A DNA stretch of 64,000 nucleotides from positions 578,619-642,618 of the forward strand of contig CP066688.1 of assembly GCA_016432425.1 (NCBI GenBank). Reading direction: 5' to 3'. The notes under the pieces are model-generated. The model searched no databases, had not been told where the DNA came from, and worked only from the letters and a program-made list of their open reading frames with translations. Shown piece by piece: positions 1 through 8,811 of this stretch. Numbering within the stretch: the stretch's first letter is position 1; every line of letters starts with the position of its first letter. This DNA is from Candidatus Daviesbacteria bacterium (GTDB lineage Bacteria; Patescibacteriota; Microgenomatia; Daviesbacterales; UBA10151). The translations under genes were made by a program, and so were the position numbers.

Positions 1-88
1 ACCCGCTAACTTGCGTGGTGAGAGGTTGTGGTAGAGTGTTGGATGATTTAGATTTGTTGGCTAAAGTTAAAGTAACCGGAGGATTGCG

Positions 89-700
89 TTAAGAGAGTGA
101 GGCCATAGCTATTCCGTATTCTTCAGGGGTGATAAAACACCTTTGTTTGTAATAGTCCATTAAATCTTTTAAAGTATAGGCTGCATGAAGTGTATATCCT
201 CTTTCTGCCAAGGTTTCTCTACCGCCTTGTTCTCGGTCAATAATGGTGGCTACATCGCGAATTACTAAGCCAGCTCTTTCCAATATTTCCGCAGCTCTTA
301 AGATACTGCCCCCAGTGGTAACTACATCATCAATCAAAAGTACTATTTCTCCTACTTCATAATAACCTTCAATAACAGCTCCTAATCCATGTATCTTGCG
401 ATTGATCCGGGGGGTAATTTGTGGGGTCCTCAGACGATCACAGAGAGAAGATACAAAAGTAGTAGCACCAGTGGGCACATCAGCTATGGAATCAAATTCT
501 AAAGGTGCTACTAGATCTGCTAAAACCCCCACCACTTGGGTTTTATCTTCTGGGAAAGATGGCAAGCGACGCAGATTAGCATAAACTCGTGAACGCAGGC
601 CACTGGATAATAAAACAGGATCTCCAACTCCGATGCAACCTCGATCAAAAAGACATTCAGCTAATACTTGCCGATCCGCTGGGATTATTTCAGTCTCCAT
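89..700 (-). CDS. pyrE: Orotate phosphoribosyltransferase
   Basis: LSSGLRSRVY and PRPP-binding VLLIDDVVTTGGS motifs; start moved to ATG at 700 (METEII) so it does not overlap mreC. Confidence 0.9.
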   Translation of the reverse strand: METEIIPADRQVLAECLFDRGCIGVGDPVLLSSGLRSRVYANLRRLPSFPEDKTQVVGVLADLVAPLEFDSIADVPTGATTFVSSLCDRLRTPQITPRINRKIHGLGAVIEGYYEVGEIVLLIDDVVTTGGSILRAAEILERAGLVIRDVATIIDREQGGRETLAERGYTLHAAYTLKDLMDYYKQRCFITPEEYGIAMASLS

Positions 701-776
701 TTCAAATTTAAAATGACTATAGTCTTTCAAAAATTCTTTGTCAAGAACAAAAATTAATGGTATATTGATCGGGATT

Positions 777-1565
777 ATGTCTAAGGCTGTGCCCAATCTT
801 CAATTACTCTTAACTTTGATCCTGTCTTCATTGTTGATTTTGGGGTTAGACTTGTTGGGCTGGCTGAATTTACCTAAAACAGGTTTGTTTTATTTAACTA
901 ACCCTATTTCCCTGCAACTTTTTAAAACCCGCCAAGTAATTTCCCAACAATTTAACTTTGTATTTACGGCCCGTTTTGCCTCTAAAGAAAATGTGGCTTT
1001 AAAAAAACAATTGGGAGATTTACTGCTGGAAAATGCCACTTTGCGCCAGAGCTTGGCCGAGACCCAGGCTCTAGTGGATCAGCAGGAAACTTTTTCTCCT
1101 CAAACCTATAATTTAATTGCTGCCCGTCCCATTGGGCTGTCCCGTTATTTATTAATTGATAAAGGCAGCAGTGATGGGGTGAAAGAGGGTAAGGCTGTGG
1201 TTTTTAAAAATAATTTATTGGGAAAAGTAATTTCCGCCTCTACCAAAAGTGCTAATGTAGAACTTATTACTGACCCGGATTTTAAACTGTCAGCTTTTTC
1301 GCTAAACACAGAGGGTAAAGCCAGGGGAATTGTCTCGGGCCAGTTTGGGACCTATCTGCTAATGGATAAAATTCTCCACAACGAGCCGGCGGAAAAGGAT
1401 GATCTAATTTATTCTGAAGGCTTGGAAAGTTATTTGCCCCGGGGATTGATTTTAGGCTCCGTCACTGAAATTATATCAGTGCCCAACCAAGTTTTTAAAC
1501 AAGCTAAAGTTGAGCCGGTCTTTGATGTTAAAAACTTAGATTTGATTTTTGTGGTCAGTGATTAA
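777..1565 (+). CDS. mreC: Rod shape-determining protein MreC
   Basis: N-terminal TM, coiled coil, LLIDKGSSDGVKEG and PRGLILGSV motifs; upstream of mreD-mrdA; ATG at 777. Confidence 0.9.
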   Translation: MSKAVPNLQLLLTLILSSLLILGLDLLGWLNLPKTGLFYLTNPISLQLFKTRQVISQQFNFVFTARFASKENVALKKQLGDLLLENATLRQSLAETQALVDQQETFSPQTYNLIAARPIGLSRYLLIDKGSSDGVKEGKAVVFKNNLLGKVISASTKSANVELITDPDFKLSAFSLNTEGKARGIVSGQFGTYLLMDKILHNEPAEKDDLIYSEGLESYLPRGLILGSVTEIISVPNQVFKQAKVEPVFDVKNLDLIFVVSD

Positions 1566-1573
1566 TTTAAAAA

Positions 1574-2020
1574 ATGAAAGCCTTAATTTTAATTTTACTA
1601 ATCAGCACTTTTTTACAAACTACCATTTGGCCGCTGGAGTTTGCTTTGATAATTATTTTAATTAGAGCGGCCATCAAACCCGGTCCGGAAAATTTGTATT
1701 TAAGTTTTGGCTTTGGAGTTCTGCTAGCCCATCTGCTACTCCTGCCTTTAGGGTCTTTAAGTTTGCTTTATCTAGTTTTGGTAATGAGTATTTCTTTGAT
1801 TTTAAAAAGATGGCATTCGGAGCATCCCTTAATTTTAATTCTTTTGGTTTTGTCTGGCCTACTGATTAATGATTTAGCCTTTTCTGTAATAATCAAAAGT
1901 TGGAATGTATCATTTGCTAAATTAGCAGTAGAGGCTTTTTTAATACTACCTATCTATATAATGGTGAAATTTTTGGAGGAAAGATTCATTGTCAAATCTG
2001 AGATTAAATTAAAATTCTAA
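1574..2020 (+). CDS. mreD: MreD-like integral membrane protein
   Basis: Highly hydrophobic 148 aa protein between mreC and PBP2. Confidence 0.65.
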   Translation: MKALILILLISTFLQTTIWPLEFALIIILIRAAIKPGPENLYLSFGFGVLLAHLLLLPLGSLSLLYLVLVMSISLILKRWHSEHPLILILLVLSGLLINDLAFSVIIKSWNVSFAKLAVEAFLILPIYIMVKFLEERFIVKSEIKLKF

Positions 2021-2022
2021 AG

Positions 2023-3915
2023 ATGAATAAAAGCAAGCGCTCCCTGGGGTTAGGTTTTAAAGACCAAATAGAAAAAATTACCCGCCAGAGTAAGCAAAGC
2101 TTCTCTGCGGGTAAAATAAAAACTTACGAGTTAGATGATAGTTGGAAGGATTTATTTTTAGTTAATTTCCAGCCGCCTCAACACGACCCTGATCTAATTG
2201 AAAGGAGTTGGAGGCCGGTGGTTTTTTTGAGTTTAACCTTGATTCTATTTTTTATTTTATTTTTGCGGTTGTTTCATCTGCAAGTAGTAGAAGGAGGGGC
2301 TAACCGGGAGTTGGCAAACAGCAATAGAGTGCAAATTAAAGTAATCCACAGCCCGCGGGGCATCATTTATGACCGCAACGGCAAAATTTTAGCTGCTAAT
2401 TCTCCGGGTTTTAGGTTGGTGGATACGAAGTCAAAAAAAGCTACCATCCTGACTCGGGATGAAGCTTTGGCCTTGGAGGTAAGTTCCGACCCACGGGCTG
2501 ATAGTTTAGAAATAGACTCCATCCGCAGTTATTCTTACAAAGAAACGGCAGCTCACCTTTTAGGTTATGTGGGACAAATTTCTCCGGATCAACTTAAAAG
2601 TCCCCGCTTTGCTGATTATAAAATAACTGATCGGGTGGGACAGGCTGGTTTGGAAAGTTATTATGAGAGTTTGCTGCGTGGTAAGGACGGGGGGGAAATC
2701 ATCGAAGTAGATAGTTTGGGGCGGAAACTGCGGACTATTCGCACCGTTGCCCCCCTTCCCGGCCAAGACCTTCATTTAACCATTGATATTGATTTGCAAA
2801 CTGTTACCTCCCACAAGTTAAAAGAAGCGGCAGCCAAAGCCGGTAGCTGCTGTGGGGCGGTGGTGGTAGAAGATCCGCAAACCGGCCAGATTTTAAGTTT
2901 AGTAAGTTGGCCTTCATATGATAATAATTTGTTTACCACCGGCACTAATGATCAAGCCATTGGGGAGCTCCTCACCCGGTCTGATTCCCCAATTTTAAAC
3001 CGGGCCATTGGCGGCACCTATCCGCCGGGTTCCACTTTTAAAATTATCACCTCCATCGCGGCTTTAACTTCCGGCAAAATTACTCCCCAGACCAGTTTCG
3101 AAGATACCGGTGAAATTTATTTGGGAGCCTTTAAATTTACTAACTGGTATTTTACCCAGTACGGAAAAACGGAAGGACCGCTAAATTTGGTCAAAGCGCT
3201 GCAGCGTTCCAATGACATTTATTTTTACCGGGCGGGCCAAGTTTTGGGGGAAAAGCCAATTATTGAGTGGGCCAGGAAATTAAGATTAGGAGGGAAGCTG
3301 GGAATTGATTTGCCTGGTGAGGTGAATGGATTGGTGCCAGATGAGAATTGGAAAAAAAGTGTGGTGGGAGAGGTTTGGTTCCCGGGGGACACACTACATT
3401 TGGCTATTGGCCAGGGATATTTATTAACTACTCCCTTGCAGGTTTTGGGATTTTCCTCATATGTGGCTAATAATGGGAATTTGATGCAGCCCAAGCTGCT
3501 GCTTAATAATTTTAAACCAGTAAGTTTGGTCAATGAACAAGTTCGTGGCTTCGCCACTAAAATTATTTCCCCGGAACAGTTAAAAACTATTCAAACAGGG
3601 CTTTCTTTAGTACCCAAAGATGGGGGAACAGCCTGGCCCTTTTTTTCTTTCCCCATTCCTACTGCAGGTAAAACCGGAACAGCGGAATTTGGTGATGCCA
3701 AAGGTAGAACCCATGCTTGGTATACTGCCTATGGACCACTGCCCAATCCCAAGATTGCGGCCACAGTTTTGGTGGAAGCGGCAGGGGAGGGGTCCAGTAT
3801 TGCCGCGCCAATAGTTAAAGAAATCTTCCGCTGGTATTTTTCCCCGGATAAAAATAAATTAATTTTAGATCAATACGCAGTTGCCACAGAAAGCGCCCGG
3901 ACTTTAGGGGAATAA
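2023..3915 (+). CDS. mrdA: Penicillin-binding protein 2 (transpeptidase)
   Basis: RLFHLQV, PRGIIYDRNG, SxxK (PGSTFK), SxD/N (SND), KTG motifs. Confidence 0.93.
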   Translation: MNKSKRSLGLGFKDQIEKITRQSKQSFSAGKIKTYELDDSWKDLFLVNFQPPQHDPDLIERSWRPVVFLSLTLILFFILFLRLFHLQVVEGGANRELANSNRVQIKVIHSPRGIIYDRNGKILAANSPGFRLVDTKSKKATILTRDEALALEVSSDPRADSLEIDSIRSYSYKETAAHLLGYVGQISPDQLKSPRFADYKITDRVGQAGLESYYESLLRGKDGGEIIEVDSLGRKLRTIRTVAPLPGQDLHLTIDIDLQTVTSHKLKEAAAKAGSCCGAVVVEDPQTGQILSLVSWPSYDNNLFTTGTNDQAIGELLTRSDSPILNRAIGGTYPPGSTFKIITSIAALTSGKITPQTSFEDTGEIYLGAFKFTNWYFTQYGKTEGPLNLVKALQRSNDIYFYRAGQVLGEKPIIEWARKLRLGGKLGIDLPGEVNGLVPDENWKKSVVGEVWFPGDTLHLAIGQGYLLTTPLQVLGFSSYVANNGNLMQPKLLLNNFKPVSLVNEQVRGFATKIISPEQLKTIQTGLSLVPKDGGTAWPFFSFPIPTAGKTGTAEFGDAKGRTHAWYTAYGPLPNPKIAATVLVEAAGEGSSIAAPIVKEIFRWYFSPDKNKLILDQYAVATESARTLGE

Positions 3916-3965
3916 GTTTTATTTTGGTCAAGTGGAAATCGTGAACTCTTAAATCTATTGCTTGA

Positions 3966-3997
3966 CAAAATATTCACGATCGTGAACAAAATGAATT
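3966..3997. repeat. Palindromic direct repeat, copy upstream of the PaaX/Cas2-like gene
   Basis: caaaatattcacgatcgtgaacaaaatgaatt, 28/32 identical to 4503-4534; perfect TTCACGATCGTGAA core; overlaps TTGACA at 3962-3967 and abuts the ATG. Confidence 0.85.
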
Positions 3998-4501
3998 ATG
4001 GATAAGAAAAAGAGTCTAACGAATTTTATTCTTTTAGTTTTAGAAAAAACTGTTGATGGAATAGTGAGATACGATGATTTGATCCATCACACTCATCAAT
4101 ATGCTTGGAGTGGTGGTTGGAAAAAGCCATTAAAAAAATCAGAGTTATCCCAGGCCTTAAAAAGGCTAAGAGAAAATAGATTAATAGATTTGATTGATGA
4201 TAAAAATCTGATTTACAGATTAACTGATTCTGGAAAGGATAAAGCTTTGTGGACAAAAATGAGATTTGAGGAAGAAAAGTGGGATGGAAAATGGCGGCTT
4301 GTGATTTGGGATATTCCTGAAAAAAGAAGAGTTGCAAGGGATCTATTAAGACACAAGCTAAAATTTTTAGGATTTACCCAATTACAAAGGAGTATTTGGA
4401 TGACAAAGAAAAATTGTACGAAACTTTTAAGAGATTTTATTAAAGAAGTAGGAATCAAAGATTGGGTTAGAGTAGTAGAGACAACTGACATTGAATTATA
4501 A
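3998..4501 (+). CDS. PaaX-like protein: winged HTH fused to a Cas2-like ferredoxin-fold domain
   Basis: SQALKRL...YRLTDSG wHTH followed by WDGKWRLVIWDIPE..RR..RD.LR.KLKFLGFTQLQRSIW. Confidence 0.8.
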   Translation: MDKKKSLTNFILLVLEKTVDGIVRYDDLIHHTHQYAWSGGWKKPLKKSELSQALKRLRENRLIDLIDDKNLIYRLTDSGKDKALWTKMRFEEEKWDGKWRLVIWDIPEKRRVARDLLRHKLKFLGFTQLQRSIWMTKKNCTKLLRDFIKEVGIKDWVRVVETTDIEL

Positions 4502-4502
4502 T

Positions 4503-4534
4503 CAAAATGTTTTCGATCGTAAACAAAATGAATT
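4503..4534. repeat. Palindromic direct repeat, copy downstream of the PaaX/Cas2-like gene
   Basis: caaaatgttttcgatcgtaaacaaaatgaatt, begins just after the stop codon. Confidence 0.85.
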
Positions 4535-4577
4535 TTAAATTATAATAGATAGTAGTGGAAGATAGATTATGAATTAA

Positions 4578-5654
4578 ATGAATAATGTTGCTTATTTATT
4601 AGTTTTGCATTCTGTAGATGGATTGGGGCCGGTGAGGCTTAAAAAGGTTTTGGACCATTTTGGGCAGGCTCGAAATGCTTGGGAAGCAAAAGGTAGCGAA
4701 CTTTTGGGCATGGGCATCCCCCAAAATACAGTGGAAAAATTTTTGGCTACCCGTAAAAATTTAGATCCGGAAAAGTATTTAACATCTGTCCAAAAATCCG
4801 GGATCAAATGGAAAACTATTTTTGATGAAGATTATCCTTATCTTTTAAAACAAATTTATGATCCGCCCATTTTATTTTATTATTGGGGAGAGTTTACTGC
4901 TGCTGACAGAAAAGCTATTGCCGTAGTAGGTACCAGAAAAATGACCGGTTATGGCAAATTAGTGACGGAACGTTTTACCGAAAATTTGGTCTTAGCAGGG
5001 TTAACCATTGTTTCAGGTTTGGCCCGGGGAGTAGATAGCATTGCCCATCGGACTGCCCTAAAAAATGGCGGCCGGACTATTGCGGTTTTAGGTGGGGGGT
5101 TCAACAAAATTTTCCCACCGGAAAATGACAAATTGGCTAAGGAAATTGCTGAGGGCCATGGAGTAGTATTGAGTGAATTTCCTCCAGACTGCCCTTCAGT
5201 GGCCGGTAACTTCCCTGCCCGCAACCGGATTATTTCCGGACTAACTCAAGCTACTTTAGTGACTGAAGCTGCTGTTGATAGCGGTTCTTTAATCACTGCC
5301 CGCCTGGCTTTGGAACAAGGCCGGGAAGTTTTTGCTGTCCCCGGGCCCATTACTTCAGAGCTATCTCGTGGCCCCTTGGATTTAATTAAAGAAGGGGCCA
5401 GACCTATTTTTGAACCAAGTGAAATTTTAGAAGAACTGGGTATAACCGGTAAAGCTCAGAGTCCTGTAGAAATTACAGATTTAACAGAGGTAGAAAAACA
5501 GATTTTAAATATTTTGCAAAATGACCAAAAACATATTGACGAGATTTGTCAGATTTTGGGAGTTCCGGTCGCAGGTATTTCAGGGGAGCTTTTGAAAATG
5601 GAAATTAAGGGTCTAATTAGAAATTTAGGGGCAGGGATATATTGTGGTAACTAG
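4578..5654 (+). CDS. dprA: DNA processing protein DprA
   Basis: IAVVGTR, IVSGLARGVD, FPARNRIISG, GSLITA motifs and C-terminal wHTH. Confidence 0.95.
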   Translation: MNNVAYLLVLHSVDGLGPVRLKKVLDHFGQARNAWEAKGSELLGMGIPQNTVEKFLATRKNLDPEKYLTSVQKSGIKWKTIFDEDYPYLLKQIYDPPILFYYWGEFTAADRKAIAVVGTRKMTGYGKLVTERFTENLVLAGLTIVSGLARGVDSIAHRTALKNGGRTIAVLGGGFNKIFPPENDKLAKEIAEGHGVVLSEFPPDCPSVAGNFPARNRIISGLTQATLVTEAAVDSGSLITARLALEQGREVFAVPGPITSELSRGPLDLIKEGARPIFEPSEILEELGITGKAQSPVEITDLTEVEKQILNILQNDQKHIDEICQILGVPVAGISGELLKMEIKGLIRNLGAGIYCGN

Positions 5655-5679
5655 TCTCCATCTGTTAAAATAAAGGTTA

Positions 5680-6042
5680 ATGCGTTTATCCAGATCAATA
5701 TTGGTGGTTTTGGTATTAATGGTTATTTTGGGAGCCTCGGCCATTATTTATATTAAAAATTCTAACAACAATACTTATAAACCGGGAATTTGGCCGGAGG
5801 CAGACCAAGCAGTGGCACAAGCTCAGTATATTTATAACCAAACTAAAGAGCGGGGAGTAGATTTTAAAAGTGGACCTTGTTTATCTAATGCTTTAATCCC
5901 GGGTTGGGTGCTGGACTTATCTCACAGTCCCCGGGAAGCAGTAGATAACTTACCGGAAAATCAATGTAGGGCATATTTAGAAGGTACGGCTAAACATTTT
6001 ATCGAAATGGATCTGCAGGGGAATTTACTGCGGGTGAAGTAG
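5680..6042 (+). CDS. Membrane-anchored hypothetical protein
   Basis: N-terminal TM, GPCL...NQC motif, clean ORF. Confidence 0.65.
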   Translation: MRLSRSILVVLVLMVILGASAIIYIKNSNNNTYKPGIWPEADQAVAQAQYIYNQTKERGVDFKSGPCLSNALIPGWVLDLSHSPREAVDNLPENQCRAYLEGTAKHFIEMDLQGNLLRVK

Positions 6043-6046
6043 TTTC

Positions 6047-6403
6047 ATGGCTAAATGGATTATCCTGACCCTGCTCTTTTTTTCTCCCACAGTAGTTTTT
6101 GCCAGCCCCAATTTAGATGCCATCAACCAGACGGTTTGTAACAGGTTTGAAGGTGATGTGGCCAAACTGGCAGGGATCATGGATGAAGTGAGATCTAGAA
6201 AAGGGATTACAGAAACCAGGGTGGCTTTTGGGGGGATTGATACCCAAATAAAGTTTGCGGACTATTGGGTGACATATGCGGCGGAGGCAATTGCTTACCA
6301 AAGAATCCAAAAATTCTCTTCCCAAAATGAGCTTAGATACAGCCTGGAAATTTTAAAGGGAAAAATTTTAAAAGCTAAAAATGAGGTAGGGAAGACTTTG
6401 TAG
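6047..6403 (+). CDS. Secreted hypothetical protein
   Basis: Signal peptide ending VFA; operonic spacing. Confidence 0.6.
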   Translation: MAKWIILTLLFFSPTVVFASPNLDAINQTVCNRFEGDVAKLAGIMDEVRSRKGITETRVAFGGIDTQIKFADYWVTYAAEAIAYQRIQKFSSQNELRYSLEILKGKILKAKNEVGKTL

Positions 6404-6417
6404 GATAAGTCTATGTT

Positions 6418-6684
6418 ATGAGAAAGAAATTTTTTATCTTGGCAGGACTGATTTTACTCCTGGCAACAATTTTAACGATCGTAAATTTTGTTACCGGTAA
6501 AAAGGAGGATAGTTTGGTGAAGTCGGCATTTATACCACAAATTCCCTATTTGCAATCCAAACCATCTTCTATACCGTCTGCCGAGCCTGCCGCCCCTCAA
6601 ACTTTTCACTTTGACTCTTCCACAGACTTAAAAAAAGAATTAGATAGCATTAATCCTCAAGTTTTAGACAGTGATTTTGAGTGA
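6418..6684 (+). CDS. Small membrane-anchored hypothetical protein
   Basis: N-terminal TM, Pro-rich linker; TM-coding region contains a CGATCG-core palindrome. Confidence 0.6.
   Translation: MRKKFFILAGLILLLATILTIVNFVTGKKEDSLVKSAFIPQIPYLQSKPSSIPSAEPAAPQTFHFDSSTDLKKELDSINPQVLDSDFE
6461..6496. repeat. 36 bp CGATCG-core palindrome inside a CDS
   Basis: tggcaacaattttaacgatcgtaaattttgttaccg; its reverse complement is 27/36 identical to 17652-17687. Confidence 0.6.
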
Positions 6685-6722
6685 TCTATTGACAACGAAG
6701 TTACAATTACCCCACAGTGGTT

Positions 6723-8738
6723 ATGATGGATAATTTAGTAATTGTAGAAAGTCCGACTAAGGCCAGAACCCTGCAACGCTTTTTGGGAAACCAGTACCAG
6801 ATTGAAGCTTCTTTCGGCCATGTTCGGGATTTGCCCAAGGCAGATTTGGGAGTAGATGTGGAACACAATTTTGAGCCTCAATATATTATTCCTCGGGATA
6901 AAAGAAAAAAAGTTAATGAGCTAAAAAAACTAGCTAAAGAGGCCAAGACAATTTGGCTGGCTTCAGACCCTGACCGGGAAGGAGAGGCAATTGCCTGGCA
7001 CCTGGGAGAAGTGGTTAGTGACCAGGGAAAAGGGAAAAAGGAGTTTAAACGAGTAGTTTTTCATGAAATTACGGAAGAGGCTATTAAAGAAGCTTTTAAA
7101 CACCCCCGAGGGATTGATTTTAAATTAGTTGATGCCCAACAGGCCAGACGTGTTTTGGATCGGCTAGTGGGATACAAGCTTTCCCCCTTGCTTTGGCAAA
7201 AAGTCAAACGTGGGCTTTCAGCAGGAAGAGTCCAATCAGTAGCTCTGCGATTAATTGTTGAGCGGGAGAGGGAAATTGAAAAGTTTAAACCCGTGGAGTA
7301 TTGGGAAATAGAGGTAGAGTTAGAAAATGGACAAAAAAATACCTTTGTCGCTCAATTAATTGAGCGACATGGTAAAAAGCTGGAGATTAAAAATGAAAAA
7401 GAGGCCAGGGAACATGAGCAAAATTTGCAAAAAGCTTCCTATTCTGTCTCTAAAATTACCCAAAAGGAAGTCCACCGGTTTCCTTATCCGCCTTTTACCA
7501 CTTCCACCCTCCAGCAAACTGCAGCCAACCGTTTAGGTTTTTCGGCTAAAAAAACTATGATGTTGGCTCAAACTTTATATGAACATGGTTTGATTACTTA
7601 TATGAGAACTGATTCGGTTAATTTAAGCATCCCGGCAGTCTCTTCTGCCAGGGATTATATAAGTAAAAGTTTTGGCAAGGAGTATCTGCCAAAAACCGCT
7701 CGCGGTTTTAAAGCTAAATCTAAAAATGCCCAAGAAGCCCATGAGGCTATCCGTCCCACGGATGTTAAAAAGTTAAGTGCTAGCTTAAAACAGGGGGATT
7801 TAAACAGGGATCATGCCAGGCTTTATGATTTAATCTGGAAAAGGTTGGTAGCTTGCCAAATGAGTGAAGCGGTGATGGATCAAACATCAGTGGATGTCAG
7901 TGCCCTACCAGCGGGTCCTGCCGGCTCGCCGTCACCCGCATACTTATTAAGGGCTAGCGGTAGTATTGTCAAGTTTGATGGATGGTTAAAGTTGTATGGC
8001 AAATCGCAAGATGATGAAGAAAAAGAGACAGATGAAAAAATTCTGCCCGAGTTAAAAGAAGGAGAAAACCTTAATTTGCTAAAAATTACTCCTTCCCAGC
8101 ATTTTACTGAGCCTCCGGCTCGTTTTAGCGAGGCTGCCTTAATTAAAAAACTGGAGGAGTTGGGGATTGGTCGTCCTTCCACCTATGCTCCCATTTTGTC
8201 CACTTTAACTGAAAGGTTTTATGTTGAACGGGTAGAACGCCGTTTTATTCCCACTGCCTTGGGATTTGCCGTGACGGATTTTTTAGTTAAATACTTTTCC
8301 GATATTGTCGATTATTCTTTTACTGCCAAAATGGAAGACAGTCTGGATGAAATTTCCCGCGGGGAAACACGGTGGCAGCCGATTATGGCAGATTTTTATA
8401 CTCCTTTTGAGAAAAAAATTGAGGAAGTGGGGAAGGTGGCAGAGAAAGTCACCATGAAAATAGAACTGGCCGGGAAAACTTGTCCGGAGTGCGGCAAAGA
8501 TTTAATTGTCAAAATTGGCCGGTTCGGTAAATTCTTAGCTTGTGCCGGCTTTCCTGACTGTAAACATACCCAGTCTCTAGAAGAAAAAATTAATGCTCAA
8601 TGTCCGTTGGATAATGGGGAAATTGTGGTTAGGCACACCAAAAGAGGAAAAACTTTTTATGGTTGTAAAAATTGGCCGGTTTGCAAATTTGCCAGTTGGA
8701 CCAAACCCAAAGCAGAAAAAGAAAATTCTACTAGTTGA
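6723..8738 (+). CDS. topA: DNA topoisomerase I
   Basis: LVIVESPTK, DPDREGE, SAGRVQS, ITYMRTDS, C-terminal Zn ribbons. Confidence 0.97.
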   Translation: MMDNLVIVESPTKARTLQRFLGNQYQIEASFGHVRDLPKADLGVDVEHNFEPQYIIPRDKRKKVNELKKLAKEAKTIWLASDPDREGEAIAWHLGEVVSDQGKGKKEFKRVVFHEITEEAIKEAFKHPRGIDFKLVDAQQARRVLDRLVGYKLSPLLWQKVKRGLSAGRVQSVALRLIVEREREIEKFKPVEYWEIEVELENGQKNTFVAQLIERHGKKLEIKNEKEAREHEQNLQKASYSVSKITQKEVHRFPYPPFTTSTLQQTAANRLGFSAKKTMMLAQTLYEHGLITYMRTDSVNLSIPAVSSARDYISKSFGKEYLPKTARGFKAKSKNAQEAHEAIRPTDVKKLSASLKQGDLNRDHARLYDLIWKRLVACQMSEAVMDQTSVDVSALPAGPAGSPSPAYLLRASGSIVKFDGWLKLYGKSQDDEEKETDEKILPELKEGENLNLLKITPSQHFTEPPARFSEAALIKKLEELGIGRPSTYAPILSTLTERFYVERVERRFIPTALGFAVTDFLVKYFSDIVDYSFTAKMEDSLDEISRGETRWQPIMADFYTPFEKKIEEVGKVAEKVTMKIELAGKTCPECGKDLIVKIGRFGKFLACAGFPDCKHTQSLEEKINAQCPLDNGEIVVRHTKRGKTFYGCKNWPVCKFASWTKPKAEKENSTS

Positions 8739-8811
8739 CAAAAATTTGCCAGTTGATATTATAGTGAGGGCCTCAAAAATTCCTCTAGTTTAGACGGAAC
8801 CCCCAAAGTAC

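Noticed and set aside
1-88. Open frame continuing beyond the pyrE stop to the window edge
   Set aside because: Too short and truncated to support readthrough or a gene call
3962-4534. CRISPR-Cas locus suggested by a Cas2-like domain and ~36 bp repeats
   Set aside because: Only two repeats separated by a whole gene, no regular repeat-spacer array and no cas1 or effector genes in the window
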